The notes under the pieces are model-generated. The model did not search any database and was not told the origin of the DNA. It saw only the letters and a program-made list of their open reading frames with translations. A stretch of DNA of 64,000 bases from Anaeramoeba ignava BMAN (Eukaryota > Protista > Anaeramoebae). The DNA lies in NCBI GenBank assembly GCA_028826165.1, contig JAPDFW010000147.1:682001-746000 (forward strand), given 5' to 3'. How positions within the stretch are numbered: the first letter of the stretch is position 1; each line of letters begins with the position of its first letter. Below, in pieces: positions 47,699-63,000 of the stretch. The position numbers and the translations under genes are program-made.

Positions 47699-47797
47699 TT
47701 AAAAAAAAATAAAAGAAAAAAAATGAAAAAAATAATTTTTAAAAAAAGAAAAATCGTTTTCATTTTTTTTTTCATTTTTTTTTATTTTTTTTTAAAT
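47699..47797. promoter_or_regulatory. Compact divergent promoter (MMS19/small membrane protein) with opposed TCATTT motifs; same layout at 21498-21644
   Basis: 99 bp between the start codons, with a motif on each strand facing its gene. Confidence 0.5.
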
Positions 47798-48434
47798 ATG
47801 GAATTTATAAGAAAAAGAAAAACTTCAAAAAATAATGATAATAAAGAAAAAAAACCTGTAAAACTTTTAGATAAAACAGAACAAAAGAAAAAAATTGAAA
47901 AAGCTGAACAAGATGCAAAAAAATCAAAAAGGAATTTTGAAGTAAAAAAAAGAATCAAAATCAAAATTGAAAGAATTTTTAATTTATTTTTTAATTTAAT
48001 TTTTAATTTAATTTTTTAATTAGAGAACTTTTAAAATTAGTACAATTGTTTTTATTTGCATTTTTACGTTTTATTTTTTTGAATCAACAAAAAAATTTAT
48101 TAAGATTTCTTTGATTCCTTCATTTTCTTATTTAATTGCTACTTCAGTTTGTTTATTAATTTTATTTCATCTTCAAGATATAAAAAGAAAGAAAATTATT
48201 TATATTGCAATTTTAATAAATATTTTATCTACAATTTTTGTTTTTTTCAAAAATTTAAATCAAAATGAAGAACTTAAACAAAAACAATGTAAATCAGAAT
48301 TACAAAGTTTAATTGTTCTTATTGTTACATTTCTTTATTCTTTAGCTATTTTAATTTTGGAAAATGATTTTCGAAATATTGATAAAGAAATTATTCATTT
48401 TTCTTCTTTAGTTTATGATTATAGAAAAGTTTAA
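47798..48434 (+). CDS. Small multi-pass membrane protein; exons 47798-47941 and 48024-48434; 184 aa
   Basis: Intron 47942-48023 is GT-AG and in frame. Charged N-terminus (LLDKTEQKKKIE), about four hydrophobic segments, C-terminal LVYDYRKV. Confidence 0.65.
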
Positions 48435-48524
48435 AAATTTTTTTCTTATATATTTTTTATTTTGAAAATTGGATTTAAAAAAATCAAAATAAAATCAATA
48501 AAATCAAAAAATTGGAACAAATAA

Positions 48525-48975
48525 TTATTTTGATTTTAATTTTGATTTTGATTTTGATTTAAATTTTGATTTTGATTTTGATTTTAATTTTAATTTTAAT
48601 TTAAATTTTGATTTTAATTTTGATTTTAATTTTAATTTTGATTTTAATTTTGATTTTAATTTTAATTTTAATTTTGATTTTGATTTTAATTTTGATTTAA
48701 ATTTTAATTTTGATTTTAATTTTAATTTTGATTTTAATTTTGATTTTAATTTTGATTTTAATTTTGATTTTAATTTTGATTTTAATTTTAATTTTGATTT
48801 TGATTTAAATTTTAATTTTAATTTTGATTTTAATTTTAATTTTAATTTTAATTTTAATTTTAAATTTTGATTTTAATTTTGATTTTGATTTTGAATTTAA
48901 TTTTAATTTTAATTTTAATTTTAATTTTAATTTTGATTTTAATTTTGAATTTGATTTTTAATTTTTAATTTTGAA
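48525..48975. repeat. (TTTTAA/TTTTGA)n downstream of VPS13
   Basis: Direct reading. Confidence 0.9.
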
Positions 48976-48983
48976 TTGGGAAA

Positions 48984-51900
48984 TTAATTTTCGAAATTTG
49001 AAATTTGATTGATTAATTCTTCTTGAATTGCTTTTGCATCTTCCAAATTTTCAAATTGAAATTTCATTTTTTTAGTTTTTTTCTTTGTTGATCCTAAATC
49101 ATAAGTTAATTCCAAGAAATTTCCATTAATTTTATTTTCAAGAATTTGAGTTAATAAGAAATCCAATCTAACATCTTCTTTAACAAAATAAATCATTCGT
49201 TTTTCTAAATTTTTAAATAAATTTTTAAATAAATTTTTATATAAATTTTTAAATAAATTTTTAATATAAATTTTTAATATAAATTTTACAAACCTGTTAA
49301 AATTATATAACTTTTCATCCTCTCAATACAAACTCTAAACTCAATACATAACTCTTTTCTATAAGCACCATTCGATAAATTTGTTAAAAGTAATTGTTGA
49401 GAAGATTTATCAGGATTAAATATTGTTAAAATCCTATCTTGACCAATATAACGAGGAGATCTTGCTTTTCCAAGACTTTTTGGATCAAATAATTTAGTAG
49501 TATTTTTAATTCCATCAAAAACATTAGAAGAAAATTCAGTCACACCAACAACAGGTTTAGAAACAACTCCAACTAAGCCTTTACCAGCACCTTTAAAGAA
49601 GCCTTTTACTCCTTCTTTTTTAGCGCCCTTGATTGGCTGTGTTACAATCCCTGAAATCCCACTCCAAAGACTCTTTGCAAATGCCTTTCCTCCTTTTACT
49701 ACACCATCTCCTGCATGTTTTGGTTTGTTTTTTAACTTGTCTCTTCTTCGTTGTTCTTTGTATTCATCATCTAATGTTAATGCTGTGAATCCTTTCCCAA
49801 CTGCTCCAATTACTTTAGATGCTGTTCCCATTACTCCTGATATAGAATTTTTCACTAGTGACCATGATCCTTTTCCAATTCCAATTGCAAAATCTCCAGG
49901 AGAATGAACTATTCCTTTTGCTGGTTCATGGAAAAATTCAATTACACCTAAAAATAATAATATATAAATTAAATATATAAATTATTTAATTGGAGAAATA
50001 AAAAGTTGGAACAAAAATTTTTTTTTGCTAGTTCAACTTTTTTTCTTTTATTTTATTTTATTTCTTTTAAATTTACCTGTTCCTATTCCTCCTAATAAAC
50101 CAACTGGATCTCCTAAAATATCAATTGAACCAATTATTTTGTATAATTGTTTCATAAATGATCTTGTGTAATGTTTTTGAATTCTATTCACAATCTTGTC
50201 TTGTCTTCCAAAAACATGTCGAAGAACCAATGCATTAAGTTTTATATTTGTTTCTTGAATACTAATAAATGAAGTTCCAAGAATTCGAAGGAAATTATGA
50301 AGGAAATTAGATGATTCAGTTTTACTTTGCATTTCAAATGTAATTTCAAATTTAACAGGATTTAAATGAAGTAATTCGAAATATTGTCTTTTCACTAATG
50401 AACTTTCTTTTCCATTTGAGCTTTGTGATTTAATTAAAGAAAAAACATCTTTTCCTTTCACTAAAGATTGACTTTCAAAAATTTTTGGTTGTCCAAATTG
50501 ATCAAATTTCAAAGAATCAATAAAATCAAGTAATTTATACACAAAACCATCATCAACCTTAATAATTAATTCTTGTAAAAGAAATGATGCGTATTTATAA
50601 TAATCAAGTTCATCTCCATAAATTAAAGAACGAACAAAACTTGCTTTTAAAACAGGTTTTGGATCTGAAAGTGGTTTCTGTTCAATTAAAATAGGATATA
50701 ATGATGTTGGTAATTGATTATCAATTTGGAACTTTTCAAGTGAAAATTCGAATTCTTGATCAATATTACTACTTTCAAACATTGCTTCCAAATTAGTGAA
50801 TGAAATATAAGCAATTTCAATAGGATCATCACTAATTAAGGAAATTCCAAATCCAGGAAGTTTTAATTTTGAAGTGAAATTAACAATTCTTTGTCTTTGA
50901 AGTTCTTTTTCTTTTTCAATTTGTTTTTGTTTTTCTTGTTCTGATTGTGTTTTTTTTAAGTTTGCTTTTTGATTTGTTGGTTTTCAAAATTGGTCCAGAT
51001 TCTTTAATATCTAATATAAAAGTTGTTCCATGTGATTGAATAGAAATGGAAATTTGGCAATCTTGATAATTAATAGGTGAATATTGTTTCAATTTATCAA
51101 TTTTAATAGCTGTAATTAGTTTTTTTTCTGGTGAAGAAATATCTAGAATTTTTGGAAGTTGCAAATTATCCCATGAATAATAAATATTTGTTTGAGCTTC
51201 AATTGTTTCATAATAACTTGAATTTCTTTGATTAATTAAAAAGGGAAATTTGGTGTGATTTCTAATTTGGTATGGTAATTTGTTTTTTAATTGAGGATTA
51301 ATAAAAATATAAAAAGTTGGACCATCATCATTAATATTAACATTTAACATATAAATTTTGTTTGTTTTTGATCTTAATTTCACAGTTTGTTCATCCAATT
51401 CAGTTGCTGAAAAGCCACAAGACCATTTCCAATTTTCCAATTTAACAAAATCATCCTCATTATCATCATCAAGAATATCTTCGGTTTTTTTCTTCTCAAA
51501 TTCAATTTCAACTTCTTTTAAATTTTCATTTAAATTTTCTTTTTCATTTAAATTTTCATTTTCTTTTTCATTTTCTTTTTCATTTTCATTTTCATTTTCA
51601 TTTTGATTTTCATTTAAATTATCTTTTCCAAATTTAATTTTAAGTAAATGAGATGCAAAATTCCAAAAATAAAATGGACTATATTCTTCAGGTTGTAAAA
51701 ATCCTCTTTGTTTTTTTTCTTCTTTTTCAGCAAAAACAATAGGATGTTTAGTTTTATTAATAAGAACAAATCTTGGTGCAAATGTAATAATTTGTGATCT
51801 ATAAAGAGAATGTGTTCCTGGAATTATTGAGTATCCAAATTCATAAATTTGATTTTGATTTTGATTTTGATTTTGATTTTGATTTTGATTTTGATTTTGA

Positions 51901-54900
51901 TTTTGATTTTGATTTTGATTTTGATTTTGATTTTGATTTAGATTTTGATTTTCATTTTGATTTTGATTTTGATTTGAATTTTGATTTTGATTTTGTTTTG
52001 AATTATTGATTTTCAATGAAGAAAATCCAATTGAACCTGGTGCATTTAATGGTATTGATTTTTCGCTCCATAATGAATCTAATGTTTTGATTTTGATATT
52101 CTTTGGATCAACAAGAAAAACACTTGAATATTTCTCAATATTATCTTTCCATTCATTTGAAAATGTTGGAATATTTTCTTCTTTTTTAAGTGATTTAATA
52201 TCATTTCCTCCTCCAATAGTTTTATTTGTTGATGAATTTTGATAAATAAGTGGAATTCCTGTTTTATTAACTAATAAAAACTTTGAAAATAAAACAATAC
52301 AACGACTTCCATATTCATCCAAAGTATTTTCAAATGAAAATGTAGCTTCATTTTTAAAAGCATCTTCAACAACAAAACTGGTAACTTCAAGTTTTGATGT
52401 TTCAGTATTAAGAATATCTCCTTGAGATTTTGTAAACTTGTCAATTTTGATTGAATAAGAAATATTCTTTGGTAATGGATTGACTTGATAAATTTCTGCT
52501 GTATCTTCAAAATTAAGTCTTGATGAAATTATTTTTCCAGTTCGAACATTTGAAACATTAAATGTTGTTGATTTTGTAAGAATATTTTCAATTATTAAAG
52601 GTGGTGATAATGTCATTTTCCAATATGTTCTTTCTTGCAATATTCTTTCATCTCGATGTTTTGAAATATTTAAAATAAAATAATAGGCTTCTTTTGTTCC
52701 TTGTTTAGTGTGATCACAATAAAGTGTAACTGATTCTGGTTTGAGATTGTTCATTTGGAATCTTGGTGGTCTTGCATCTTTTGAATAAGTTTGATTTGTG
52801 AAAATTCTACTGAAATGATGTTGTGGTTTTTTATCTGATTCTTGTTTGTTAAAATCAACATTTTGTAAAGAAAATTTTTGTTTTTTGGGTAATATTTCCA
52901 TTCCGATTGCTGCATGAAATTTACTTGGACGAACAGAAAATGTTCCGTTTTCAATATATTTAAATGGAACTGAAAACTCTTGTAAAGGACTGATATAATA
53001 TCTTAATGATTTTTCATCATCCATTTGCAAATACATTTCTAATGGTATTGATGTTCGATTTTCAATTAAAACTCCTGATGAAAATGTAAGAAGTTTGCTT
53101 CCGTTTTGTAATGTTATTGATGTGATTGCTTTTTGTGTAAAATTCTTGGTTCTATTGAGAATAAACACTCTTTTTTCAACTCGATCAAGAATAACAGAAT
53201 TTTTCCTGAAATTTGGATAATCAGGAAATCCAAAAGTGATTTTATGTTCATAAAAAGCGGAAATTTGAGGATTTCTTAATTGATTTGATTGTTTTGTTGA
53301 TTTATCAAATTTGAAAGGTTTTTTTTCTCCAGGATTAAGTTTCATTTTCTTATCTTTTCCATATACAATTTCAATATTTTCCAATGTATTATTTACAACC
53401 CAATAAGGATGGAAATTCGATTCTTTTTCAACTGCTGATTTACCATGAAATTCATCATTCAAAACTTTCATTGTTGAAGAGAGTGTTTTCATCATTGCTT
53501 CAGATAAATTTATGTTCAAAACATTTTGTGCTTTTAAGAAAATATCATATTTCTCTAATAATTCTGCTTTTTGAGCCTCAAGTTCAAATCTCCAAGGTTC
53601 AATTACTGGCTCCCAAACACCAACAAATTCATTAAAGTAATTTACTAAAATATCCATTCCTATTTTTGCTTGTAATTGTTTTGACCAATTTGAAAGATTT
53701 AAAACCATGTTTTGAATTAAGACTGAAAGAAGTGGTTGATTTTGATTTTCTCCAAAACAATCATCAAGTAAAAGAAGTTTGAATCCTGAACTTTTAAAAA
53801 CTAATTCCTCAGTTTGAATAGAATCTGTTTTAGGTCTTGTTTCCTTTTCAATTTGGATTCTATGAACTTTTTTTTCTTGTAAAACTTGAATATTTTCTTC
53901 TATTGGTTTAATTTCTTCAATTTTCTTTGGTTTTTGTTGCTTTTCAAGACTTTTATTAAGTTCTTTTGTAATATTATCAACTGTTTTCATTAGGAATTTG
54001 AAATCTTGATATGTAAACACAATATCAATCATTCCAAATTCAGTTTCAATTAAAGTATCAACCAATTCAGGGTTTTCTTTTTTGGGTGTCATTTTCATTT
54101 GTGCTGTAAGATTAAATGGATTAAGGATTAATTTTCCATAAGTTGCTTGTGTTTCAAGTGTTGAAGAGTATATTTTAATATCTTGCAATGCTGTGCGAAT
54201 TGTTTTAATTCCTTCATCAATATATTTGAACATTAAAGTTTGATGGAAAGTGAAAACAGTTGGATTTTTGTTTTGGAAATTATCAAGCATTATCAAATCA
54301 AGATTTCTTATTGTGGCTGAAAAATTAAGAGAAGGATTTTTTTGTTTCTTTTGATTTTCATCAATTTTTTCTTTCTTTTCTTCATTTTCATCAATTTTTT
54401 CTTTCTTTTCTTTTTGTTCATCAATTTTTTCTTTCTTTTCTTTTTGTTCTTCAATTTTTTTATTCTGTTCTTCATCAGAAACAAAGAAATCCATTAAAAA
54501 GAAGAAAACAGGCCAAATTGGAATAACTTGAAGTGAATGAAGTGATGCTATAATTTCTTTGTTTTGTTGAGAATCAATTTCAATGTTAATTTCCATTTGT
54601 TGTTCATAATTTTCTTGTGATTTTGAATTTGGTAACAAGAAATCTGAATGAAATATATTAAATCTTTTTGCTGTACAAGTTCCAATGATTTTAGAAAATT
54701 GAGTATTAAGTAATAAACTTGAATCTGTTTTCATTTTCAAATCAATCATAATATTATCAATATAAAATTTAGCAATTGATAATATTTTTTCTGCTGTTTG
54801 ATATTCAATTTCTGAATAAAAATCTCCTTCAATCAATTCCAATCCTAATTCTTCAAAACTCATTTTCACTTGAATATTTGTTTTTGGATTGGATTTTTCA

Positions 54901-57900
54901 TTAACATTATTATTATTATTTTCATTATTATTATTATTATTATTATTTTCAATAATTTTGGGTTCATTATCAGTTTGAATTTCAATTTTATCTGTTGGTT
55001 TTTTTGATTGAACATTTTCACTTAAATTTCCTGAAAGAGTTTGCAAGAATTTGATTATATTGATTTTTGTTTAATACTGTATTGATTTTTGTGCAATTTC
55101 CTTGAATTGATAATTGAGGAATTTCCAAATTTTGATTTTCTTCAAGAAGTCTATCAACTTGTAATAGAAGATCAACTGGAGGAATAATATATAAATAATC
55201 TTTTGTAGATGATAAATTTTTCCCACTTTCAATTTTCATTTTTTTCATATCAATTTTATAACAATCAATAATAGTAGTTTTATTTGTATCCCCAATTTTC
55301 ACGGTTTTAAAAGTGTTGGATGCAGTAAATGATTTCATTTGTGCAATTAAAATTGAATCTGAATTTGATTGTTGAGGAATAATTGCATAGAGACTTTGGA
55401 TATTGATATCAAATTTCATTAAAAGAGCTTGAACATGAACCAATTCTTGTTCCAAAGTATATTTTGCTAATTCTGTTAAATGCTGTTTTGTTTTTTGTAA
55501 TTCTTGACTCATTGAAAACATTTCATCAAAATATGTGATAATTTCAGAAAGAAAACGATATAAAAAGGTTGTTTTAACTCCACCAAGAGAAATAGAAATT
55601 GAAATATCATGCCCAGGATAAGAAGTATCATTTTTATCTTCAAATCTATCCATTTTAAATAGGAAAGGATCTTCATCAGCAAATTCCATAATTGATGGAT
55701 ATTTTTTGCCTTCTAAAGTTAAATCGTAAATATTCAATGCTCCCAGTTTTGCTTCTATATTTTGGATTGTATCTCGTGATTTATATCCAAATTCCATTTG
55801 TGAAGCTGAAAATTTTGCAATTCCATTTCCTTCTTTTGTAAGTGAAAAAGTGATTTCATTCATTTTTCCATTGATTTTTTGTTTGATAATTTTATTCTTA
55901 ATTTCTAGAATGATTATTTTTTCTTCCTTTTTTTCTTTCAACTTTTTATATTCTTTTTCTTTTTCTTTTTCTTTAATTCTTTTAATTTCCTTGTTTTCTT
56001 TTCTGTATCCATAATAAAAATCAATTAATTCTGTAACAGTTTCTCGATTTAAAAAAGCATGTAATTCATTCATTTCAATATTTATTTCTGAATCAATATC
56101 TTTAAAATGAGGAGAATTTCTTTTAACATTTTTCATTTCAAAAAGAATTAATTCTTTTTCCTTTTCATTTCCAATTGATGAAATTAAGTAATCTTTTTGA
56201 GGAATAAAAAGATCTTCAATATTAAATTCTAAAAAATAAAATTAAAAATTTAAATAAAAATTAAAATTTAAAATTAAAATTAATAATAACCTCCAATTTT
56301 CATTTTGATTTCATTATCATATGTTCTTTGTAAAAGATCTGCTTGAATATTATTGAGAATTAAATGTATTAAATCTTGTGGTTTTTCCAAATTTTTATCT
56401 TTAACTATTAAAAATGAAACTTTTGGAATTGAAAAATTTAATTGAAGTTGTTTATATTCAACAAGTTCAGAATAACCTTTGATTTCTTGTTGATTTGATT
56501 GTTCTTGATATTCTGAAATTGAATCAACAATTTCCTCAATTTTAGGAGAAAATTTTTTATGGGGATCATATTCAGCATGAATTTGATGTAATTGTTGTTG
56601 AGGTTGACTAACTGATTCTGTGATAACATCAATTAATTTCATTAAATGAATATATCTTGTTGTTGTTAAAAAGAATTTCATATCAGTAAGATGACCAGAA
56701 AGTCTAAAGAAATTAATTTTAAATTTATTTTAATTTTAATTTTAAATTTTAATTGAAATTTCTTTTGAAATTTTTACTTCATTTTTGTGTAATTTGGATC
56801 ATTTTGAATAATGCATAATTGTAAAACAAATTCAATATCAAAATCTTGAATAATTTGCAAATCTTTATATTTTACAAATTCTTCACGAGACGTAATTTCT
56901 TTCCAAACACTTCCATTATCAAAAAGTAAAGAATGAATATTTTCCAATTTAAGATTAAATTTATCATAATAATCATTTTCATCCTTTGTTTCCTTTTTAT
57001 CATCTTTTTTGCGATTTTGTTGAAGATCTGAATTCATAACCAAATGTCCAAGATCTAAAACCAGAAGTAAACCTTCAACTTTCTGGATATTTTCTGGGAT
57101 TAAAAACAAAGGAGCATACATATCCAAATGAAGATTAATTGTTTTGTGATTTTCAACTGCTTTTAATAATTGAGCTTTTTGAGCTTCTTTTATTGATTGT
57201 AATTGATCAAGAACTTGGTTTTCAATTTCTTGAATTGAGGAAAGATCTTGAATAGTGAAGAAATCTATTATTTCTTGAATAAATTTCATATTGTAAACAA
57301 CTTCCAAAGGTTTTATAGATAAATTCAAATCAACATCAGCAATTTTATCCAAAGGTTGAATTTCCATTTTGGCTTCAATAAAAGATTTATCTTTATTTCT
57401 ACTCTCTTCAAGTTGATAAATTTTAGGCATAGCAAGATTGGGAAATTTTGTTTTTTCACTCCAAAAATCATGAACAGAAAAAGATTGAAGTTTTGCTGAA
57501 ATTGTTTTCCAAGTATTTCTAAGAAGAATTTCACCTGAAAATCGAGAAACAACAATTTCTGTGATTTCTTTTGCAGGTTTTTGAATTTCCTGTTTTTTGA
57601 GTAAAGATAATTTTCCAGTTTTTAAACCAATAATTAATTTAATATTGATAAATTCTTCAGGAATTTTATCAGGTTCAATTTCATCCTTTTGATATCCAAT
57701 AGCTTCATAAATTTCCTTCATTTCTTCATCTGTTAATTTAACGTTTACGTTTTTGACTTCTTCTGAATCTTCAGCTTTTTCTTTTTTACCGAACAATCTT
57801 GACATCATTCCTTTCTTTTTTTGTTTTTGTTTGATTTCTTTCTTTTTTTGAGCAATTATTTTATCTCTTTCTTCTTTTTCTTTCATTCCTTCTTTTTCTG

Positions 57901-59838
57901 CAACTAATCGGAAGAAAATGATTGTTTCAAATGTGAGATCTTTTTCAATATCAAGGATTTTTGGTATTCTTCAGATTGTTTCCATTTTTGAGTGTTTTTA
58001 TAATCAAATTTTTTTTTCCATAAAGGAATGTATTTTTTTCTTAAATTTATTCTTTTTGTAAGTTCTTTCCAATCAAATAATGAGTTTCTTTCTTTGTAAT
58101 CAGAACCAGCAGAACGAAATATAAATCTCCACCATTGATTTGAGATGATTGTATTATCTTTTTTTGGGCGATATTTAGGTTTTAAGAATTTTCGATACTA
58201 AAAAATAAATAAACAATTTAAAATCAAATCAATTTTAATTTTGATTTTAATTTTAATTTTAATTTTAATTTTAATTTTAAATCTACTTTTTCTCCTCTCA
58301 TAAAAAATGTAAAATGTTCCATTAATTTAAGTATTGAACGATAATGTTCATCTTCAAGTCCAATAGAAATAACATGAAAATTTGTAATTGCATCAAATTT
58401 TGGAATAGTAAGTGAATCACCTTTTTTATAAGGTGTTTTCTTCATTCTTAGTTTTAAATCACCATCAACAGGATTTAAAATAAATTGATGTGGAGTATTT
58501 GATTTTGATCCTTTTTTTGGAAGAGTTTTCTGTAAAAAATCTGTTACTGATGAAGTTGATAAATCTTTAAGAGGTTCAGTATTTGTATCCCAATAAATTG
58601 AAAGATGTTTTAAATCAACAATTTTATTAAGAAATTCTGGATTATTTTCAACAAAAGCTGGTTTCCAATTTTCATCAGCACTTTGAGCTGTTATTGCATC
58701 AAGAGTAACACCCATAGCAAAAGGTTTCTAAAACAATTAAATTTAATTCAAATCAAATATTTAATTTTAATTTTAATCAAATATTTAATTCAAATCAAAT
58801 ATTTAATTTTAATTTTAATCAAATATTTAATTCAAATCAAATATTTAATTTTAATTTTAATCAAATATTTAATTCAAATCAAATATTTAATTTTAATTTA
58901 AATTTAATTTTAATTTTAATTTTAATTTAATTTTAATTTTAATTTTAATTTTAATTTTAATTTAATTTTAATTTTAATTTTATTTTAATTTTAACTTTAA
59001 TTTAATTTTAATTTTAATTTTAATTTTAATTTTAATTTTAATTTAATTTAATCCAAATCAAATATTTAATTTTAATTTTATTTTAATTTAATTTATTTTA
59101 ATATTTAATTTTAATTTTAATTCAAATCAAATATTTAATTCAAATCAAATATTTAATTTTAATCTAAATTAATTACTTTATCTATTTCACTTTCAAATCT
59201 AACATGAACATTGGAAATACTTATTTGTAAATTATCAATAATTTTCGCAATTAATTTTTCTGTAAAACCTGGATCATCACTTTCAGATTTTTTTGATTTA
59301 CTTTTTTTTAATTTTTCAGCTTCTTTATTTTGTTTCCAAATTTCATAAGCTTCAAGTTTTTTTTGTTTTGCTAATTCAAAGAAAGTTTCTTCTTTTTCTT
59401 TTTTATACTAAAAATAAAATTAAATTAAATAAGAAATTCGGAAAATTGTAAATTAAAATTAAATTAAAATTTACTTCTTTATATTCTTGTTGTCCAGCAA
59501 TTAAAAATATTTTATCAAGATTAACAATAACTGGTTTAGATTTTAAATTTTTCCAAGGAATTTCTAAATGTAAAGTTCCAAGAAAACCTTTTTAAAAAAA
59601 TTTCCAAAATTTTTTAATTTAAATTTTTAAATGGAAATTTTTTTGCTTGTTGAATAAAAAAACCTGATTTAACATAAATTGGTAAATTGAATCTATTTAA
59701 TGCATCTGGTTTTAATATTAAATTTTTCAAAACTACACTTCCTTTAAAAATAGAAAGTTTAAGTTTATTTTGATCAAGTTCTTCAATAAAATCTCCAAGA
59801 ATTTTATTTAAAACTGTTGCAACAATTTTTTGAAGCAT
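48984..59838 (-). CDS. VPS13: VPS13 bridge-like lipid transfer protein; 9 exons, ~3100 aa, with apparent 1-nt frameshifts at ~55048 and ~50950-50990
   Basis: Chorein-N MLQKIVATVLNKILGDFIE...IPWKNL...IIDNLQISISNVHVRFE. VAB region WEPVIEPW. C-terminal YKIIGSIDILGDPVGL, FFHEPAKG, GIVTQPIKGAKKEGVKGFFKGAGKGLVGVVSKPV (ATG2_C), and a terminal PH-like domain. Confidence 0.95.
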
Positions 59839-60010
59839 TTTTTATTAAAAAATGAAAAGAAAAAAAATGAAATTTTTATTTTTGAATTTTATTTTTGAAT
59901 TTTTTTTTAGATTTGAAAAAAAAAATCTATTTAAAATTGTCCCGAAAAAGAAAAAAAAAATATTAACGGAATAAAAAGAAAAAAAAAAAGAAAAAAGTGG
60001 AACGAAAAAA

Positions 60011-63000
60011 TTAAAAATGTTTGACTTGATCAATTTCTTTTGTAGAAGTAAGAATCTTTGATAACTGTTGATTAGCAGCATTTTCAAAATCTAATTGAGT
60101 AACAATTCTATTTGGATCATTTCTTAAAGCAGCTCTAGAACAAGCAAGAATAACTGCACTTTTAATATGACTTCCAGAAAATTGAAAATCAGAAGCAAGT
60201 TTAACAAAATCGATATTTTTATCAAGAGGAACAAGAGGAGGAATATGAGATCGCCAAATTTTCTCGCGGAGATTCTTTGAAGGAATATTGAATTCAATGA
60301 CATATTTCATTCTTCTAAAAAACGCATTATCGATAATATCCGGAAGATTTGAACATAAAATAACGAGACCAGAGAAATGCTCTATATGATATAAAAGAAG
60401 ACCGATATCGATATTAGAATATCTATCTGTCGAAGACTTTGTGGATTGCATTCGAGCGCCGAAAAGACCCTCGGCTTCATCAAAAACGAGGATTGAATCA
60501 TTTTTTTCAGACTCCTCAAAAAGAAAGTCAATTCGTTTTGAAGTGTCACCAACAAATTTTGATAGGAGTTCTGCAGAGTTAATGATCTGCAGGGATTTTC
60601 CAGTTTCAAATGCGATGGCTTCGCATGTAAGTGTCTTTCCAGTTCCAGGAGGTCCATATAAGAGTACAGGAGTTCCTTTTCGGAATCCCTTGTTTTGGTG
60701 AAATCCCCAGTTATTGAGAACTAGTCTTGCCTTCTCTGAGTTGATGATCTCACGCACCTCCTCAAGCTTATCATCTTCCAATGCAAGAAATTCGATCCCA
60801 TGTTTCGGAATCACTTTTCGATGAAGATTACTACTCACAAGTTGTCCACGAATTTGCATCTCTGCTCCTTGTTTTAAGTCTTCTTGTGTCACCTTTAGCT
60901 TCTCCATTCCTTCCCGCGCAATCGCTAAAGACAATGCTGCTATGATTGCGTTTTTGATAAATCCTCCTGTTAGTTCATATTTCATTGAAAGTTCTAAAAT
61001 GTCAACATTTTTGGAAATTTCAAGATTTTTTGGTAAATGTGTTTTCCATATTTTTTCCCGTAAAAAAGGATCAGGTTTCCCGAATTCTATTGCAATCGTG
61101 ATTCTTCTGTGCATTGCTTCGTCAAGATCTTGTGGGCGATTTGTGGCTAAAATGATGATCCCATCGAAGCGTTCAATTTCCGTTAAAAGCATGCTTATTT
61201 TGGATTGATAATGAGATCTTGTTTCAAAAATTGCTTCACATTCGTCAAAGAAAAGTAATGATTGTTGAACTTTGGCTTCACGGAAAATGTATCGGAATGC
61301 TGCAGCTCCTTGAATTCCTTGTAATTTAGGAAAGTTGATTAACATGATTTTTTTTTTGAGAGCATTTCCAAGAGCATTTGCCATCATTGTCTGAATTTTT
61401 AAATTGAATTTTAATATAAATTTTAATATGAATTTTTTATATAAATTTTTAATATAAATTTTAAATTGAATTTTTATATAAATTTTTAATTGAATTTTTA
61501 AATAATTTTTTAAATAATTTTTATATTAAATTTTTAAATTAATTTTAATATTGAATTTTTATATTAATTTTATATTAATTTTATTAACCTTTCCAGTTCC
61601 AGATGGCCCATAAAAAAGCATCACAATCCCACTTGAATGAGAAATAACCTCTTCAAAATTTAATTTTTTCTTAAATTTTTGAAAATTATCATAATCCATA
61701 ACAGTTGACATTATAAGTTCCTTTTGCTCTTTTGGAAGAATAACATTATCAATTGAGACTTTACTTGTATAAAGATGAGAGCCTTCAACAAGCTCATCAA
61801 CTTCTGTATCTAAACCCAAAATAAAATCCATCATTCTCCAGTCTAATTTAACACTTAATTCATTGAAATCAGAATTAAATCCAAAATTTGATCCAACAAC
61901 AATTCCATCAGAAATCAATTTAGAGCTTTTATAAAAATACTTGCGCGCAGAAAGTTGTGTTTCAAGATCGGATGTGAACTTTCCTATAATGTCCACTGCT
62001 TGAATCCTACCTCGGCTATAATCCGAGTTGAGATACTCACTTGCAATCGAAAGAATAATATTCACTTCAACTTCTGAAAGTTTTCTTGCTTCTGCTAATC
62101 GGAAAATTCTAGGCATCCATTTGCCTTCCTTTTTCGTCAATTCTAATCTTTTCTCGCATCTTTTGCGAAGTAATTTTTCCCGAATAATATTATCTCGAAG
62201 AGATACTTCGATATGAACACTTGATGAATATCGCGCTGATTGATCTTTTTGTCGCATGTCTTCTTGGATTCGTGAAGTTATTTTCATCCATTCAAATTTA
62301 TCAGTTAAAAACTCCAAATCAGTTGTATAAGGTTTTAATTGTTCTTCTTGATCAGAATTATTTCCATTAATTTCATCTTCTTTTTCATTTAAATTTCCAT
62401 TTGAATTTTCATTTGAATCTTCTTTTGTTTTTTTTCCATTTAATTGATTTGTTTTTTCTTGATTGACTTGTTCAGTAATAAAATCAAAAGCATCACTATC
62501 ATCAATTCTTTCACTTAATTTCGCACTTAATTTTCCACTTAACTTTCCACTTAAATTTTCACTTAATTTTTCATTTAAATTTTCACTTAAATTTTCACTT
62601 AAATTTTCACTTGTTTTTTTTTCTGGGTTTTTCCGATAATCTTCCTCTTCAAGAATTTTTTCAAGTTGAGTTTCTGAAATTTTCATTCTTTGTTCTAAGG
62701 AGGGTATTCCTCCAGTTAGAATATTAAGATAATCAGCAAGAAACCGAATTCTTGTGAGATATTTATGAGTACGAGAAACAGGTTCAAAACAATTTTCCTT
62801 ATAAAGAGGAGAATCTGGATGAAAAAATATTTCAAGTTCGTTTGGTTTCATCCCTGAAAATAAAAGTATTTTAAAAGATTGTGAGCAATTATCCATTATT
62901 GTGTTGATTCTTAACGATTTTCTGTTCCATCTACTCATTCCCCAAGTGTAAAGATGTGAAACTATAAGTAAAACTAATCCATTTTTTTGTTGTTCGGATA

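Noticed and set aside
50916-55060. Programmed ribosomal frameshifting in VPS13, and at the breaks in RCC1-BTB copy 2, the ankyrin-BTB gene and p47
   Set aside because: No shared slippery or AAA-stop motif. The breaks are 1-nt indels, mostly in short homopolymers or repeats, typical of long-read consensus error. Raw reads are needed to confirm.
33772-59838. Functional cluster of endomembrane genes (PH-RUN, p47, FGD-like, VPS13)
   Set aside because: Such genes are common in amoeboid genomes and are interleaved with unrelated ones such as MMS19. No evidence of co-regulation.
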